A program made the position numbers and the translations under genes. Under the pieces are notes generated by a model. The model searched no databases. It was not told the origin of the DNA and worked only from the letters and a program-made list of their open reading frames with translations. Below are positions 10,478-20,325 of a DNA stretch of 64,000 nt, in pieces (within the stretch, counting starts at the first letter, position 1; each line of letters starts with the position of its first letter). Source of the DNA: an uncultured delta proteobacterium (GTDB lineage: Bacteria; Desulfobacterota; Desulfobacteria; Desulfobacterales; Desulfosalsimonadaceae); assembly GCA_963826785.1 (NCBI GenBank), contig CAWGYD010000001.1:64001-128000 (forward strand), given 5' to 3'.

Positions 10478-11827
10478 TTACACGCCGGTAATCCGGATTA
10501 ATATATCATAATACTTGAGCACGCGCTCGACGAACCGGACGGCTTCTGTTCCTCTGGCATAACCGTAGCGGGTGTTTTCGTGATATTGGGGATAGACCAG
10601 AAGCGGCAGAATCTGCTCCATGGAACGCCATTTGCGCGGATTCAGACCTTTTTCCCGGGCAATGGACTGGGCGTCGCGGATGTGGCCGTACCCCACGTTA
10701 TAGCTGCCCAGCGCAAATTTGATCCGCTCATTCTCATCGATCCGGGGAAAACGATCATAAAGGGATTTAAGGTATTTGACCCCGCCCCGGATGCTCTGGA
10801 AGGGATCGAGGCGGTTTTCGATCTGCATTTCCACGGCGGTGGGAAGGGTCAGCTGCATGAGGCCGCAGACACCGGTATAACTGACGGCCAGGGGATCGAA
10901 CTCGGATTCCTGGTAGATGACCGCTGCGATCAGGCGCCAGTCCAGATCGTACATATCGGCAGTCTCGATGATAGCGGGCTTATATTCGGGAAGCCGGGTA
11001 TCCAGGCGGATGTGAAATTTTTTGATGTTGACATAGTCGAACTGGTCACGACCGGCGTAATACCGGTTGTAAATATCATCATAGACCCCGTTTTTTTTTA
11101 TGGTTTTAAAGAACCGGTTGATTTTTCGACGAAGGGCGTCGTCTTCCTTGCGCACCGCCCAGGCGATTTCCTGTTCACCGCTGATGGTGCAGGCGATTTT
11201 GATGTCCGGATAATACCGGCGGTTTAAACGGACGATGTTGGAGTCTGCTGCGGTGATATCGATTTCATGGTCCTGGATGCGCCGCAAAAATTCCTCGGTG
11301 GGGACATTATCGTAGAGGACCAGTTTAAGGTCGATGCCTTCGTCGATTAACTTCAGGAGCCGTTCATGGTAAGAGGTGTGTTTGCGGATGTGGATGGTCT
11401 TGCCGTTTAGATCCGAAATCTTCGTAATATCGGAATTTCCTTTTCGAACGACAATGTGCTGGCGTACGGACATATACGGAATGGAAAAAGAGACCCGATC
11501 CATCCGGTTCGGGGTACGGGTGAGGCTCGATGCGATGAGGTCGCCTTCATGATTGACGAGTGCATCCATGATTTTCCCCCATCCCGGTGTGACCACCTCG
11601 AGATCGACCGCAAGGTCATCCGCAAACTCCCGGGCCAGGTCGTATTCGAACCCCATGGGGGCGCTCCGGTAGAGATAGTATCCGTGGGAGCTGTTGTCGG
11701 TAATGATGGTGAGCTTTTTATGCCGCTTGATCCGGCGCAGGCTGTCATCGGTGAAATGACAGAATACGGCCGCCAGTATGCACGCGGCCAGCATCGCAAG
11801 CTTGATTTTCAGATGTTTGTGTTTCAA
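10478..11827 (-). CDS. mltF: Membrane-bound lytic murein transglycosylase F
   Basis: Solute-binding domain (PMGFEYDLAREFA) followed by an SLT domain (LIAAVIYQESEF, GLMQLT, SYNVGYGHIRDA, YGYARGTE). Confidence 0.9.
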   Translation of the reverse strand: MKHKHLKIKLAMLAACILAAVFCHFTDDSLRRIKRHKKLTIITDNSSHGYYLYRSAPMGFEYDLAREFADDLAVDLEVVTPGWGKIMDALVNHEGDLIASSLTRTPNRMDRVSFSIPYMSVRQHIVVRKGNSDITKISDLNGKTIHIRKHTSYHERLLKLIDEGIDLKLVLYDNVPTEEFLRRIQDHEIDITAADSNIVRLNRRYYPDIKIACTISGEQEIAWAVRKEDDALRRKINRFFKTIKKNGVYDDIYNRYYAGRDQFDYVNIKKFHIRLDTRLPEYKPAIIETADMYDLDWRLIAAVIYQESEFDPLAVSYTGVCGLMQLTLPTAVEMQIENRLDPFQSIRGGVKYLKSLYDRFPRIDENERIKFALGSYNVGYGHIRDAQSIAREKGLNPRKWRSMEQILPLLVYPQYHENTRYGYARGTEAVRFVERVLKYYDILIRITGV

Positions 11828-12219
11828 ATAAAAAAAGCCGGATTTTTTTGATTCCGTTTACATTCAAATCATCATCGTGCCGGCAAGAAAAGGGTGGCTC
11901 GAAATGGGGCGGCCCATGTCGGGGCACGAATACCTTTGACTGCGAACTGGAATGAGAAACTAAGCGAAAATAGACGGATATGATGTCAGAAGTCAAGAGC
12001 GACGTTCAGGCACAAGTTGGTGTCGGTCATCCCCCGCCGGTATATCAGCCGGGGCCAAAAGTATCGGTCCGGGCAAAAGGCCGATCCACGGTTTTTTGGC
12101 CTTGACAATCATCAGGATTAATACTGTAACTCAACTTTTCATCTTTATATTAGCGGCCCCGTATTGCATAATGCCGGAAAAGAAGAGCGCCATTCCATTT
12201 TGATTTAAAGGATTTTAAT

Positions 12220-12741
12220 ATGATACCGATGATTTCCGTAATCGGTTATTCCGATTCCGGCAAGACCACGCTGATCGAAAAGCTGGTGCCCGCCCTCAAA
12301 AAGATGGGCTTTCGGGTGGGGGCCATCAAGCACTCCGTTCACCAGTCCCGGTTTGATGTGAAGGGAAAGGACAGCTGGCGTTTCTATGAGGCCGGTGCAG
12401 ATGCGGTGGTGGTTTCTTCAGCTGATAATATTGCGGTTTTTAAACGAAAAGAGGAAAACAGCGGCGAGAAATATTCTGAACTTCCTGAATTGATGACGTA
12501 TTTCAATGACATGGATATCGTCATCGCGGAAGGCTACAAGAAGGGAAATCATCCTAAAATCGAGGTATACCGCTCGGGCGACAATGCCCCCATCTGTGAA
12601 AAGGATGGCCGGGTATTCGTACTGGTATCCGATTTGCCCGTAAAGACCGACATCCCCGTGTATGGCGCCGATGAAGTCGAAAAACTGGCGGAACTGATCA
12701 AAGACAGATTTCTCAACAATCGCGGTTTGCTCGCTGAGTGA
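12220..12741 (+). CDS. mobB: Molybdopterin-guanine dinucleotide biosynthesis protein B
   Basis: GYSDSGKTTLIEKL, AIKHSVH, GKDSWRF, EGYK, PKIEV. Confidence 0.9.
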   Translation: MIPMISVIGYSDSGKTTLIEKLVPALKKMGFRVGAIKHSVHQSRFDVKGKDSWRFYEAGADAVVVSSADNIAVFKRKEENSGEKYSELPELMTYFNDMDIVIAEGYKKGNHPKIEVYRSGDNAPICEKDGRVFVLVSDLPVKTDIPVYGADEVEKLAELIKDRFLNNRGLLAE

Positions 12742-12760
12742 AAAAACGTTTACGACGGCC

Positions 12761-12813
12761 AAGCGATTTTGAAACCGGAAAGAGCAGTGCGTTTTCCGGT
12801 TTCAAAATCGCTT
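12761..12813. terminator. Perfect 21-bp inverted repeat between convergent mobB and metK (likely terminator)
   Basis: AAGCGATTTTGAAACCGGAAA ... TTTCCGGTTTCAAAATCGCTT. Confidence 0.6.
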
Positions 12814-12966
12814 ATCTGGCCAAAGAATCATTCAATGATATCGGTTGAGGCAATCAGAATCAAATAGCAGATATTCGACGCCGGCATCAATTTGCCAGGG
12901 GGTTCCCGCGTTTCCCGGCACGTATTTTACAGATTCCATTTTGCCGGCATCGGATCATAACCTGAT

Positions 12967-14136
12967 TTAAAGTCCGGCCAGTGCCCGGATTTCATCTGCC
13001 CTGTTGGTCTTCTCCCAGGTAAAATCGGGGTCTTTCCGGCCGAAGTGACCGTATGCCGACGTCTTGCGGTAGATGGGGCGCAAAAGGTCCAGGTATTCGA
13101 TAATGGCCGCGGGCCGCAGGTCGAAAATCTCCCGGACGATTTCCCTGGCCTTGTATTCGGGGATATTGCCGGTGCCCAGAAAATCCACCAGGATGGAGAC
13201 CGGTTCGGCCACGCCGATGGCATAGGCCACCTGGACCTCGCATTTTCTGCCCAGCCCGGCGGCCACCAGGTTCTTGGCGATGTGCCGGCCCATGTAGGAT
13301 GCGCTCCGGTCCACCTTGGAGGGGTCTTTTCCCGAAAAGCAGCCGCCGCCATGGCTTCCCTGTCCGCCGTAGGTATCCACGATGATCTTCCGTCCGGTCA
13401 GCCCGCAGTCGCCCATGGGGCCGCCGATGACAAACCGTCCGGTGGGGTTGATGAAGTAGCGGGTGTCGCCGTCCACCATATCTTTGGGAATGGTTTTTTT
13501 GATCACCTCTTCAATAACGGCTTCCTTGACCTCGTCATAGGTGGCATCGGCCTTGTGCTGGGTGGAGACCACCACCGTGTCCACCCGCTTCGGAATGCCG
13601 TCGATGTACTCGATGGTGACCTGTGACTTGCCGTCGGGCCTCAGGAAATCCACCGAACCGTTTTTGCGGACCGTGGCCAGGCGCTTGGTCAGCTTGTGGG
13701 CAAAGGAGATGGGCATGGGCATGAGCTCCGGGGTCTCATCCGAGGCAAAGCCGAACATCAGCCCCTGGTCGCCGGCCCCCTGCTCCTTGAAGAGCCCCTG
13801 GCCCGTATCCACGCCCTGGGCGATATCCGGGGACTGCTGGCCGATGCTGGTAAGCACCGAGCAGGTCTGCCAGTCGAATCCCATCCGGGAAGAATTATAG
13901 CCGATATCCCGGATGGTATTTCGCACCACCTGGGGGATGTCCACGTAGCATTCTGTGGTGATTTCGCCGGAAACGAAGGCCAGTCCGGTGGTCACCAGGG
14001 TTTCGCATGCGACCCGGGCATGTTTGTCCTGTTCGATAATGGCATCCAGAACCGAATCGGAAATGGCGTCGGCAACCTTGTCCGGATGCCCTTCGGTTAC
14101 GGATTCAGAGGTAAAAAGGACGCTGTTCTGTGTCAT
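12967..14136 (-). CDS. metK: S-adenosylmethionine synthetase
   Basis: [50 protein letters not shown]. Confidence 0.98.
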   Translation of the reverse strand: MTQNSVLFTSESVTEGHPDKVADAISDSVLDAIIEQDKHARVACETLVTTGLAFVSGEITTECYVDIPQVVRNTIRDIGYNSSRMGFDWQTCSVLTSIGQQSPDIAQGVDTGQGLFKEQGAGDQGLMFGFASDETPELMPMPISFAHKLTKRLATVRKNGSVDFLRPDGKSQVTIEYIDGIPKRVDTVVVSTQHKADATYDEVKEAVIEEVIKKTIPKDMVDGDTRYFINPTGRFVIGGPMGDCGLTGRKIIVDTYGGQGSHGGGCFSGKDPSKVDRSASYMGRHIAKNLVAAGLGRKCEVQVAYAIGVAEPVSILVDFLGTGNIPEYKAREIVREIFDLRPAAIIEYLDLLRPIYRKTSAYGHFGRKDPDFTWEKTNRADEIRALAGL

Positions 14137-14286
14137 ACATCACTCCTTTACGATTGGTTGTTAACGGGACAATTCCTCAACCAGGCATCGCTCCCTCGAA
14201 GGGGCTACGTTCCGGCTGTTACCCCGTGCACATGCCCGTGAACGTACACGTGTACGAATTTTCAAGCATTAAAAAGCAAAATGTCT

Positions 14287-15141
14287 TCAGCCTTTTTCCG
14301 GCTCCAGCACCATATTGTCGATGAGCCGCACGCTGCCCACCTTGACCGCTAAAGCCATCAGCACCGGTCCGGCGACGGTATCCACATTTTCCAGGGTGGA
14401 AGGGTCACAAACGGCGATGTAGTCGACGGTCGTTTCAGGGTGGGCGCCGATGATCTGTTCTGCCGCATGAATCAGGCGCCCGGCGTCGGTTTCCCCCCGG
14501 CGCACCTCGTCCCGGCAATGGTTCAGGGATTGAATCAGCAGCAGGGCGGGCTCCCGCTGGTGAGGCGCCAGGCGGACATTTCTGGAACTCATGGCCAGTC
14601 CGTCGGGTTCCCGGAAAGTCGGCTGGCCGATGATCTCGATGTCGAAATCAAGGTCCTTGACCATCCGCCGGATCACCGCCAGCTGCTGGAAATCTTTTTC
14701 CCCGAACACCGCCGCATGCGGGTTCACAATATGAAAGAGCTTGGCCACGATGGTGGTCACGCCCCGGAAATGGCCGGGCCGGGACAGTCCGCACAGGTGC
14801 TCCGGCAGGTTTTCCTGCACCACGTACGTTTCGAACCCGGCCGGGTACAGCGATCGGGCATCGGGGGCAAACAGCACGTCCGCGCCTGCGTTTTCGGCCA
14901 GAGAACGATCCCGGTCCATATCCCGGGGATAGGCCGCCAGGTCTTCTCCCGGCCCGAACTGCGTGGGATTTACGAACAGACTGACCACCAGATTATCGCA
15001 GACCTGCCGGGCTTTATGCATCAGGGAAAGGTGCCCTTCGTGGAAGTAGCCCATGGTAGGCACCAGGGCGATGCGGTTGTCCGCCCCTCTCATCCGTCCG
15101 GACCAGTTTTTCATTTCTTTTATGGATTGAATGACCTCGAT
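14287..15141 (-). CDS. panC: Pantoate--beta-alanine ligase; probable non-canonical ATC start at 15141 (first ATG is 15114)
   Basis: VPTMGYFHEGHLSL, FVNPTQF, RPGHFRGV, FGEKDFQQ, GLAMSSRN, RLIDN. AGGAGG lies 9 nt before ATC-GAG-GTC-ATT-CAA-TCC. Confidence 0.95.
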   Translation of the reverse strand: MEVIQSIKEMKNWSGRMRGADNRIALVPTMGYFHEGHLSLMHKARQVCDNLVVSLFVNPTQFGPGEDLAAYPRDMDRDRSLAENAGADVLFAPDARSLYPAGFETYVVQENLPEHLCGLSRPGHFRGVTTIVAKLFHIVNPHAAVFGEKDFQQLAVIRRMVKDLDFDIEIIGQPTFREPDGLAMSSRNVRLAPHQREPALLLIQSLNHCRDEVRRGETDAGRLIHAAEQIIGAHPETTVDYIAVCDPSTLENVDTVAGPVLMALAVKVGSVRLIDNMVLEPEKG

Positions 15142-15154
15142 GTGAGCGGTCCTC

Positions 15155-16483
15155 CTATTCGAAAAGTGCGTTCATCACCTGGCCGGTGATAACCTTGGGA
15201 TAATAAAACGTGGTTTTCCGGGGCATGGTCAGCCCGGCTTCGGCGATCTTCCGGACCTGGTCGTTTGTGGGCGGATTCAGGATAAACGCCACGTCATGCG
15301 TTCCCGAGGCGATGGCCGCCGCCGCATGCCGCACGTTGCTGGTAAACGCCATCTTTTCCGGATCATCGAGATCCTCCGGCGCCATGTTCATGATTTTCAT
15401 GAGCACCAGCCGGGTCAGCACCGTCACGTCGAGCTGAAGAAGCGGTGAGGGGATCTGGCCGGCAAATATTTTTTCCATGATACCGGGTTTAAGGGTCATC
15501 ATGGCGCATTTGGGCTGATGTTTCATCAGCAGGCCGATGCGGTGCACCCCGTTTTCAGCCGCCATTGCCGACTGGAGGCAGTTCAGGGCCGTTTTCGTTT
15601 GAGCGGGATCGACCGGCATTTCGGTGATATCAAAGTAATCCTGCGCAGCAATTCGAAACGCCTCTGACTGCTGTGCATCGATATCGGACAGCAGCCGGTG
15701 GGTCGGGAGAATGATCAGCCCCTGGTCCTGCACCGGGCACAGATACATCATGATGTAATTGGCCGGATGGTCGGCGGGCAGCTCCGGCGTCTGCTGTGCC
15801 AGCCAGTTCCGGTAATTGAGCGCGGTCTCGTAGCGGTGGTGGCCGTCGGCAATGTAGAGCCGCCGGTCGGCAAATCCATCGGCCACCGATTTTACCAGAT
15901 CCGGGTCGGTGATGCGCCACAGCCGATGGCGGTGGCCGGCATCATCGAAAAAATCCTGATCCGCCCCCTTTCCGGCGGCAAAATCCGTTAACGCGGCCAT
16001 GACCCGGTCCTTATCTGAAAAAATAGAAAATATGTGGCTGAAATTGGCCTGGCATGCCTTCATCAATTCCAGGCGTTCGGATTTCACCTTGGAAAATGTT
16101 TCTTCGTGGGGGAGCACCACCCCCTTGTCAAAGGGTTCCAGCCGGACCCGGGCGATCAGCCCGAAGCGGCTGACGGTTTTGCCTTCCAGTTCAAAATCGA
16201 TACGGGTGAGGTAATAGGCCGGGATCGGGTCCCGGATCAGAATCTTCTGGTCCAACCAGTCCCGGAAACATCCGGCCGCCCGGGTGTACGGATTGTCTGC
16301 ATCCGTATCGGCGGCGGTGGGCATGTTCTTGTCCAATCGGATGATATTATGGGGATGCCTCGTATAAAACGCCTCCTGCTCCTTTCCGGAGATGATGTCG
16401 TAGGGCGGAGTGGTCACTTCAGACAGATTTTCAATTTTCCCGGTGTCATAAAAAATTCCCTGAAACGGAAGAACAACAGCCAT
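15155..16483 (-). CDS. DUF1015 family protein
   Basis: TPPYDII, VLPHEET, YIADGHHRYETA, ILPTHR, MPRKTTFYYPK. Confidence 0.85.
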   Translation of the reverse strand: MAVVLPFQGIFYDTGKIENLSEVTTPPYDIISGKEQEAFYTRHPHNIIRLDKNMPTAADTDADNPYTRAAGCFRDWLDQKILIRDPIPAYYLTRIDFELEGKTVSRFGLIARVRLEPFDKGVVLPHEETFSKVKSERLELMKACQANFSHIFSIFSDKDRVMAALTDFAAGKGADQDFFDDAGHRHRLWRITDPDLVKSVADGFADRRLYIADGHHRYETALNYRNWLAQQTPELPADHPANYIMMYLCPVQDQGLIILPTHRLLSDIDAQQSEAFRIAAQDYFDITEMPVDPAQTKTALNCLQSAMAAENGVHRIGLLMKHQPKCAMMTLKPGIMEKIFAGQIPSPLLQLDVTVLTRLVLMKIMNMAPEDLDDPEKMAFTSNVRHAAAAIASGTHDVAFILNPPTNDQVRKIAEAGLTMPRKTTFYYPKVITGQVMNALFE

Positions 16484-16573
16484 AAATTCTATTTCCTTGT
16501 ATGCGGCGCGAATGATCGAACAGCCCCGGCGGCAGTGAAGCCCGGTCGAGTGGTTGAATTTGTTAAGCGAGAA

Positions 16574-16602
16574 ATATTAATGAACTTTAATAAATTTGTC
16601 AA
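16574..16602 (-). promoter_or_regulatory. Putative sigma70 promoter for DUF1015-panC-metK
   Basis: Minus strand TTGACA (16602-16597), 17-nt spacer, TAATAT (16579-16574). Confidence 0.45.
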
Positions 16603-17044
16603 CTTTATTCAAAAAAGTTGCCTAATCGCTATAATTTTTAGTGGGTTGTATGGACTTTGAGTGGGGGTTGACAAAACAATATTTTTATTATAATAATATC
16701 AAATCATTATATATTACTATAGAAACAAAATTTCAGGCATATAAAAAGTAATTCGTAAAAAAAAATTTGCCGAATTTAAGAACATCATTATTCTCTTAAA
16801 TAACCATTAAAAGGCCATTTAACATGAAATGGATTTTGCGGGGCCTATATTCAGATGATATATTAATGAAAATTAGATTGAAATAACGCACTGAAAAATA
16901 TCCCACTAGAAAATTTATAAAAATCATTTTAATCAAACACTTATATTGTATATAATTAATAGCATGATCTAATTCAATTTGTATTAATTTCTATGATTTA
17001 GATTTATGAGATCGTGCGCAAATGACGACAGGAGGAAAATTTTC

Positions 17045-17881
17045 ATGCAGCAGAATACCTATTCAGAAACTGTCGAGGTTGCCCGGACCTATTACAACAG
17101 CTCGGATGCCCATAATTTCTATACCACCATATGGGGCGGGGAAGATCTTCACCTGGGCATCTATGAAAAGGCGGATGACGCCATTTTCGATGCCAGCCGC
17201 AGAACCATCGCCCACATGGCCTCCCGGTCCGCCTCGATGGGCAAAAAGATTCGCGTGATTGACCTGGGGGGCGGTTTTGCCGGATCGGCGCGGTACCTGG
17301 CCAAAAATTACGGGTGGGAAGTGGTGGTGCTGAACCTGAGCGAAACTGAAAATGAATGGGGTCGGCGGATGAACCGGGAGCAGGGGCTGGATCATCTCAT
17401 AGAGGTAGTGGACGGCAGCTTTGACGACATTCCCTTCCCGGATGGGTCTTTTGACATCGTCTGGTCCCAGGATGCCATCCTGCACAGCGAAAACCGCGGC
17501 CGGGTGATTGAGGAAGCCTACCGGGTGCTCAAGCCCGGCGGCGAGATGATCTTTTCCGATCCCATGCAGTCAGACGACTGCCCCGACGGGGTGCTGGACA
17601 AAATTTATCAGCGCATTCACCTCAAAAGCCTGGGATCTCCCGCCTTTTACATGGATCATGCCCGGAAGACCGGGTTTGGCCGTGTCGATTTTGAATCCCT
17701 GACGCCGCATCTCACCACCCATTATGACCGGATCCTGCAGGAAATGATTGCCCGCGCAGATGAACTGGAAAAGGTGGTCAGCCGCGAATACATCACCAAC
17801 ATGAAAGAGGGCCTCCGCCACTGGGTGGATGGCGGAAGCAAGGGATATCTGGCCTGGGGCGTATTCCATTTCACGAAATAG
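17045..17881 (+). CDS. SAM-dependent N-methyltransferase, sarcosine/dimethylglycine N-methyltransferase (SDMT)-like
   Basis: YYNSSDAHNFY..IWGGEDLHLGIY, DLGGGFAGSARYLA, WSQDAILHS, FSDPMQ, YLAWG; AGGAGG RBS. Confidence 0.85.
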   Translation: MQQNTYSETVEVARTYYNSSDAHNFYTTIWGGEDLHLGIYEKADDAIFDASRRTIAHMASRSASMGKKIRVIDLGGGFAGSARYLAKNYGWEVVVLNLSETENEWGRRMNREQGLDHLIEVVDGSFDDIPFPDGSFDIVWSQDAILHSENRGRVIEEAYRVLKPGGEMIFSDPMQSDDCPDGVLDKIYQRIHLKSLGSPAFYMDHARKTGFGRVDFESLTPHLTTHYDRILQEMIARADELEKVVSREYITNMKEGLRHWVDGGSKGYLAWGVFHFTK

Positions 17882-17966
17882 CGCTGCGGCACAATCTTGT
17901 ACCTAATTTTCCGTTTTTGAACGGACGAATAATCTTACCAAAAACCAAAAGAGGAGGAATTTGAAC

Positions 17967-18605
17967 ATGGCAGTTGATTTGGGAAATATGGCGAATTTGC
18001 TGATCGCGGGTAAAGTGGACGATGTCAAGGCAATGACCGGGGAAGCGATTGATGCGGGCATGGCTCCGGAGGAAATCTTGCAAAAAGGCCTGATCGCCGG
18101 CATGGAAGTGGTGGGCCAGCGGTTCAAGGCCTGTGAGATGTTCATTCCCGAGGTGCTCCGCTCGGCAAAAGCGATGAGTTCGGGCATGGAGCAGCTGCGT
18201 CCCCTGCTGGTGGCCAGCGGCGCCAAGATGGCCGGGACCCTGGTGATCGGGACCGTCAAGGGCGACCTGCATGATATCGGTAAAAACCTGGTGGGAATGA
18301 TGTTCGAAGGCGCCGGGTTCAAGGTGGTCAACCTGGGCATCGACCTGGATTCACAGGTATTCGTGGATGCGGTCAAGGAGCACAAGCCCGAACTGCTGGG
18401 CATGTCCGCCCTGCTCACCACCACCATGCCCAAGATGGGCGAGGTGATCAACGCCCTGAAAGAAGCCGGTATCCGGGATGAAGTCAAGATCATGGTGGGC
18501 GGCGCACCGGTCACCGAGGAATTCGCCAGGGAAATCGGCGCCGATGTTTACGGCGCCAACGCCGCCAGCTCAGTGGACAAGGCCAAAGCGACGCTCGGGC
18601 TATAG
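17967..18605 (+). CDS. Corrinoid (B12-binding) protein, MttC/MtbC-like
   Basis: GTVKGDLHDIGKNLV (DxHxxG), SALLTTTM, MVGGAPVT; N-terminal cap domain. Confidence 0.95.
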   Translation: MAVDLGNMANLLIAGKVDDVKAMTGEAIDAGMAPEEILQKGLIAGMEVVGQRFKACEMFIPEVLRSAKAMSSGMEQLRPLLVASGAKMAGTLVIGTVKGDLHDIGKNLVGMMFEGAGFKVVNLGIDLDSQVFVDAVKEHKPELLGMSALLTTTMPKMGEVINALKEAGIRDEVKIMVGGAPVTEEFAREIGADVYGANAASSVDKAKATLGL

Positions 18606-18623
18606 GCGCCTGATCACAGAGAA

Positions 18624-18705
18624 TCTCTCGCAAAGCGCGCAGGGGGCGGTCAGGAAATATTTTTTCAATTTCTTTCTTTGCGGTCCTTTGCGCCCTGGTG
18701 AGAGA
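18624..18705. repeat. REP-like imperfect palindrome
   Basis: TCTCTCGCAAAGCGCGCAGGGG ... CTTTGCGGTCCTTTGCGCCCTGGTGAGAGA, with complementary ends. Confidence 0.45.
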
Positions 18706-18784
18706 ACTCGAATACCGGGTGAAAATAGAAACAGTCAGGTTTCCGGATGCTTTGCCGAAAACCTTCAATATACAGGAGATGCTC

Positions 18785-20270
18785 ATGCAATGGGAATGTA
18801 ATATGCCAAAAATGGAGATCATGAACCATACCGTCCAGGAGACGCCCAGTTACCGTGTCCTGACGGAGGATCAGATCGAACAGATATATTTCGCCGCACT
18901 TGAAGTGCTGGAGCGGGTCGGCTCCCGGGTGCACCAGGAAGAGGCACTGGAACTGTTCCGCAGCAGCGAGGCCGTTGTCGGCGACGACAAGCGGGTCCGG
19001 GTGCCGGTCTCCCTGGTGGAGCGGGCTTTAAAGACATATCCCCGGAAGATCACCCTCAAGGGGCGAAACGGCGTCCGGTCCATGGCCCTGCAGAAGGACC
19101 ATGTCTATTTCGGCACCGGCTCCGATTTGCCCTTTACCTATGACCGCAAGACCGGCGAACGCCGCCGAACCCTGTACAGCGACATTGTCAACGCGGCCCG
19201 GATCGTGGATGCGCTGCCCAATTACGATTTTTTCATGTCCCACGGCATCGTGGGCGATGCGCCCAATCCCCTGACCTATGACCGGCACCAGTTCATGGCC
19301 ATGCTGGAGGGGTGCACCAAACCGATGGTGCTCACCAGCGTGGACGGCGAAGGGCTTAAAGATCTGTGGAAAATGGCCTGCCTGGTGCAGGGGGGCGAGG
19401 CGGAATTTCGGTTAAATCCCATGTTCGTGGCCTACATCGAGCCGATCTCACCGCTGACAAATGACCGCACTGCGGTGGAAAAACTGTCTGTTTGCCGCGG
19501 AAAAGGGGATCCCGGCCATGTACACGCCGTGTCCGTCCTCCGGCGCCACCGCGCCGGCCACCATTGCGGGCATGCTGGTCCAGTCCCTGGCCGAAACCCT
19601 GCTGGCCGTGGCGCTGTGCTATCTCAAGAAACCGGGCATGCCGCTGGTCATGGGGGGCGTGACCACCGTCATGGACATGCGCACCACCACCTATTCCTAC
19701 GGCGCCCCGGAACTCTCCCTGGCCTCGGCCGCCAACACGGACATTTCCAAGTGGCTGGGACTGCCCATGTTCTCCACCGGCGGATGCACCGATGCCAAGG
19801 TGCTGGACGAGCAGGCCGCCATCGAGTGCACCATCAGCCTGCTCAATGCCTACATGTCCGGCGCCAACCTGGTCCATGACGTGGGATACATCGATTCGGG
19901 GGTAAACGCCTCTCTGGAGAGCCTGGTCATGAACGAGGAGATCATCCGCATGGTCCGACAGGTCGGAAAAGGGATCAAGACCGATGAGGCCCACATGGCC
20001 TTAAACATCATCGATGAAGTGGGCCCCGGCGGCGAATACGTCACCCACGACCATACCTATGAACACTGGAAGGAATGGTTCAAGCCGCAGCTCATCGACC
20101 GTTCGGATTGGGAAACCTGGAATGCGGAAGGGAAAAAAACCATGCTGGACCGGGTCAATGAGGAGACTGAAAAGCTGCTCAACACCTATCAGCCAAAGCC
20201 CCTGGATGAAAAACTGGCCCAGGAGGTTCGGGCGGTTGTTGAAGACGCGGACCGGCGGCATTCCCATTAA
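18785..20270 (+). CDS. MttB-superfamily (trimethylamine-type) methyltransferase 1, non-pyrrolysine; +1 frameshift near 19487
   Basis: IYFAALEVLERVG, FGTGSD, EPISPL, SGATAPATIAG, YGAPE, STGGCTDAK. Removing one T in AAACTGTCTGTTT restores EKLLFAAEKG. Confidence 0.88.
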
Positions 20271-20325
20271 TTTCGTCTCCCCCAAAAGGTGCGGCGTAAA
20301 GATAGGTTAACAGGAGAATACAATT

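Noticed and set aside
11830..12219. RNA gene in the mltF-mobB intergenic region
   Set aside because: No tRNA cloverleaf or known ncRNA signature was recognisable by eye.
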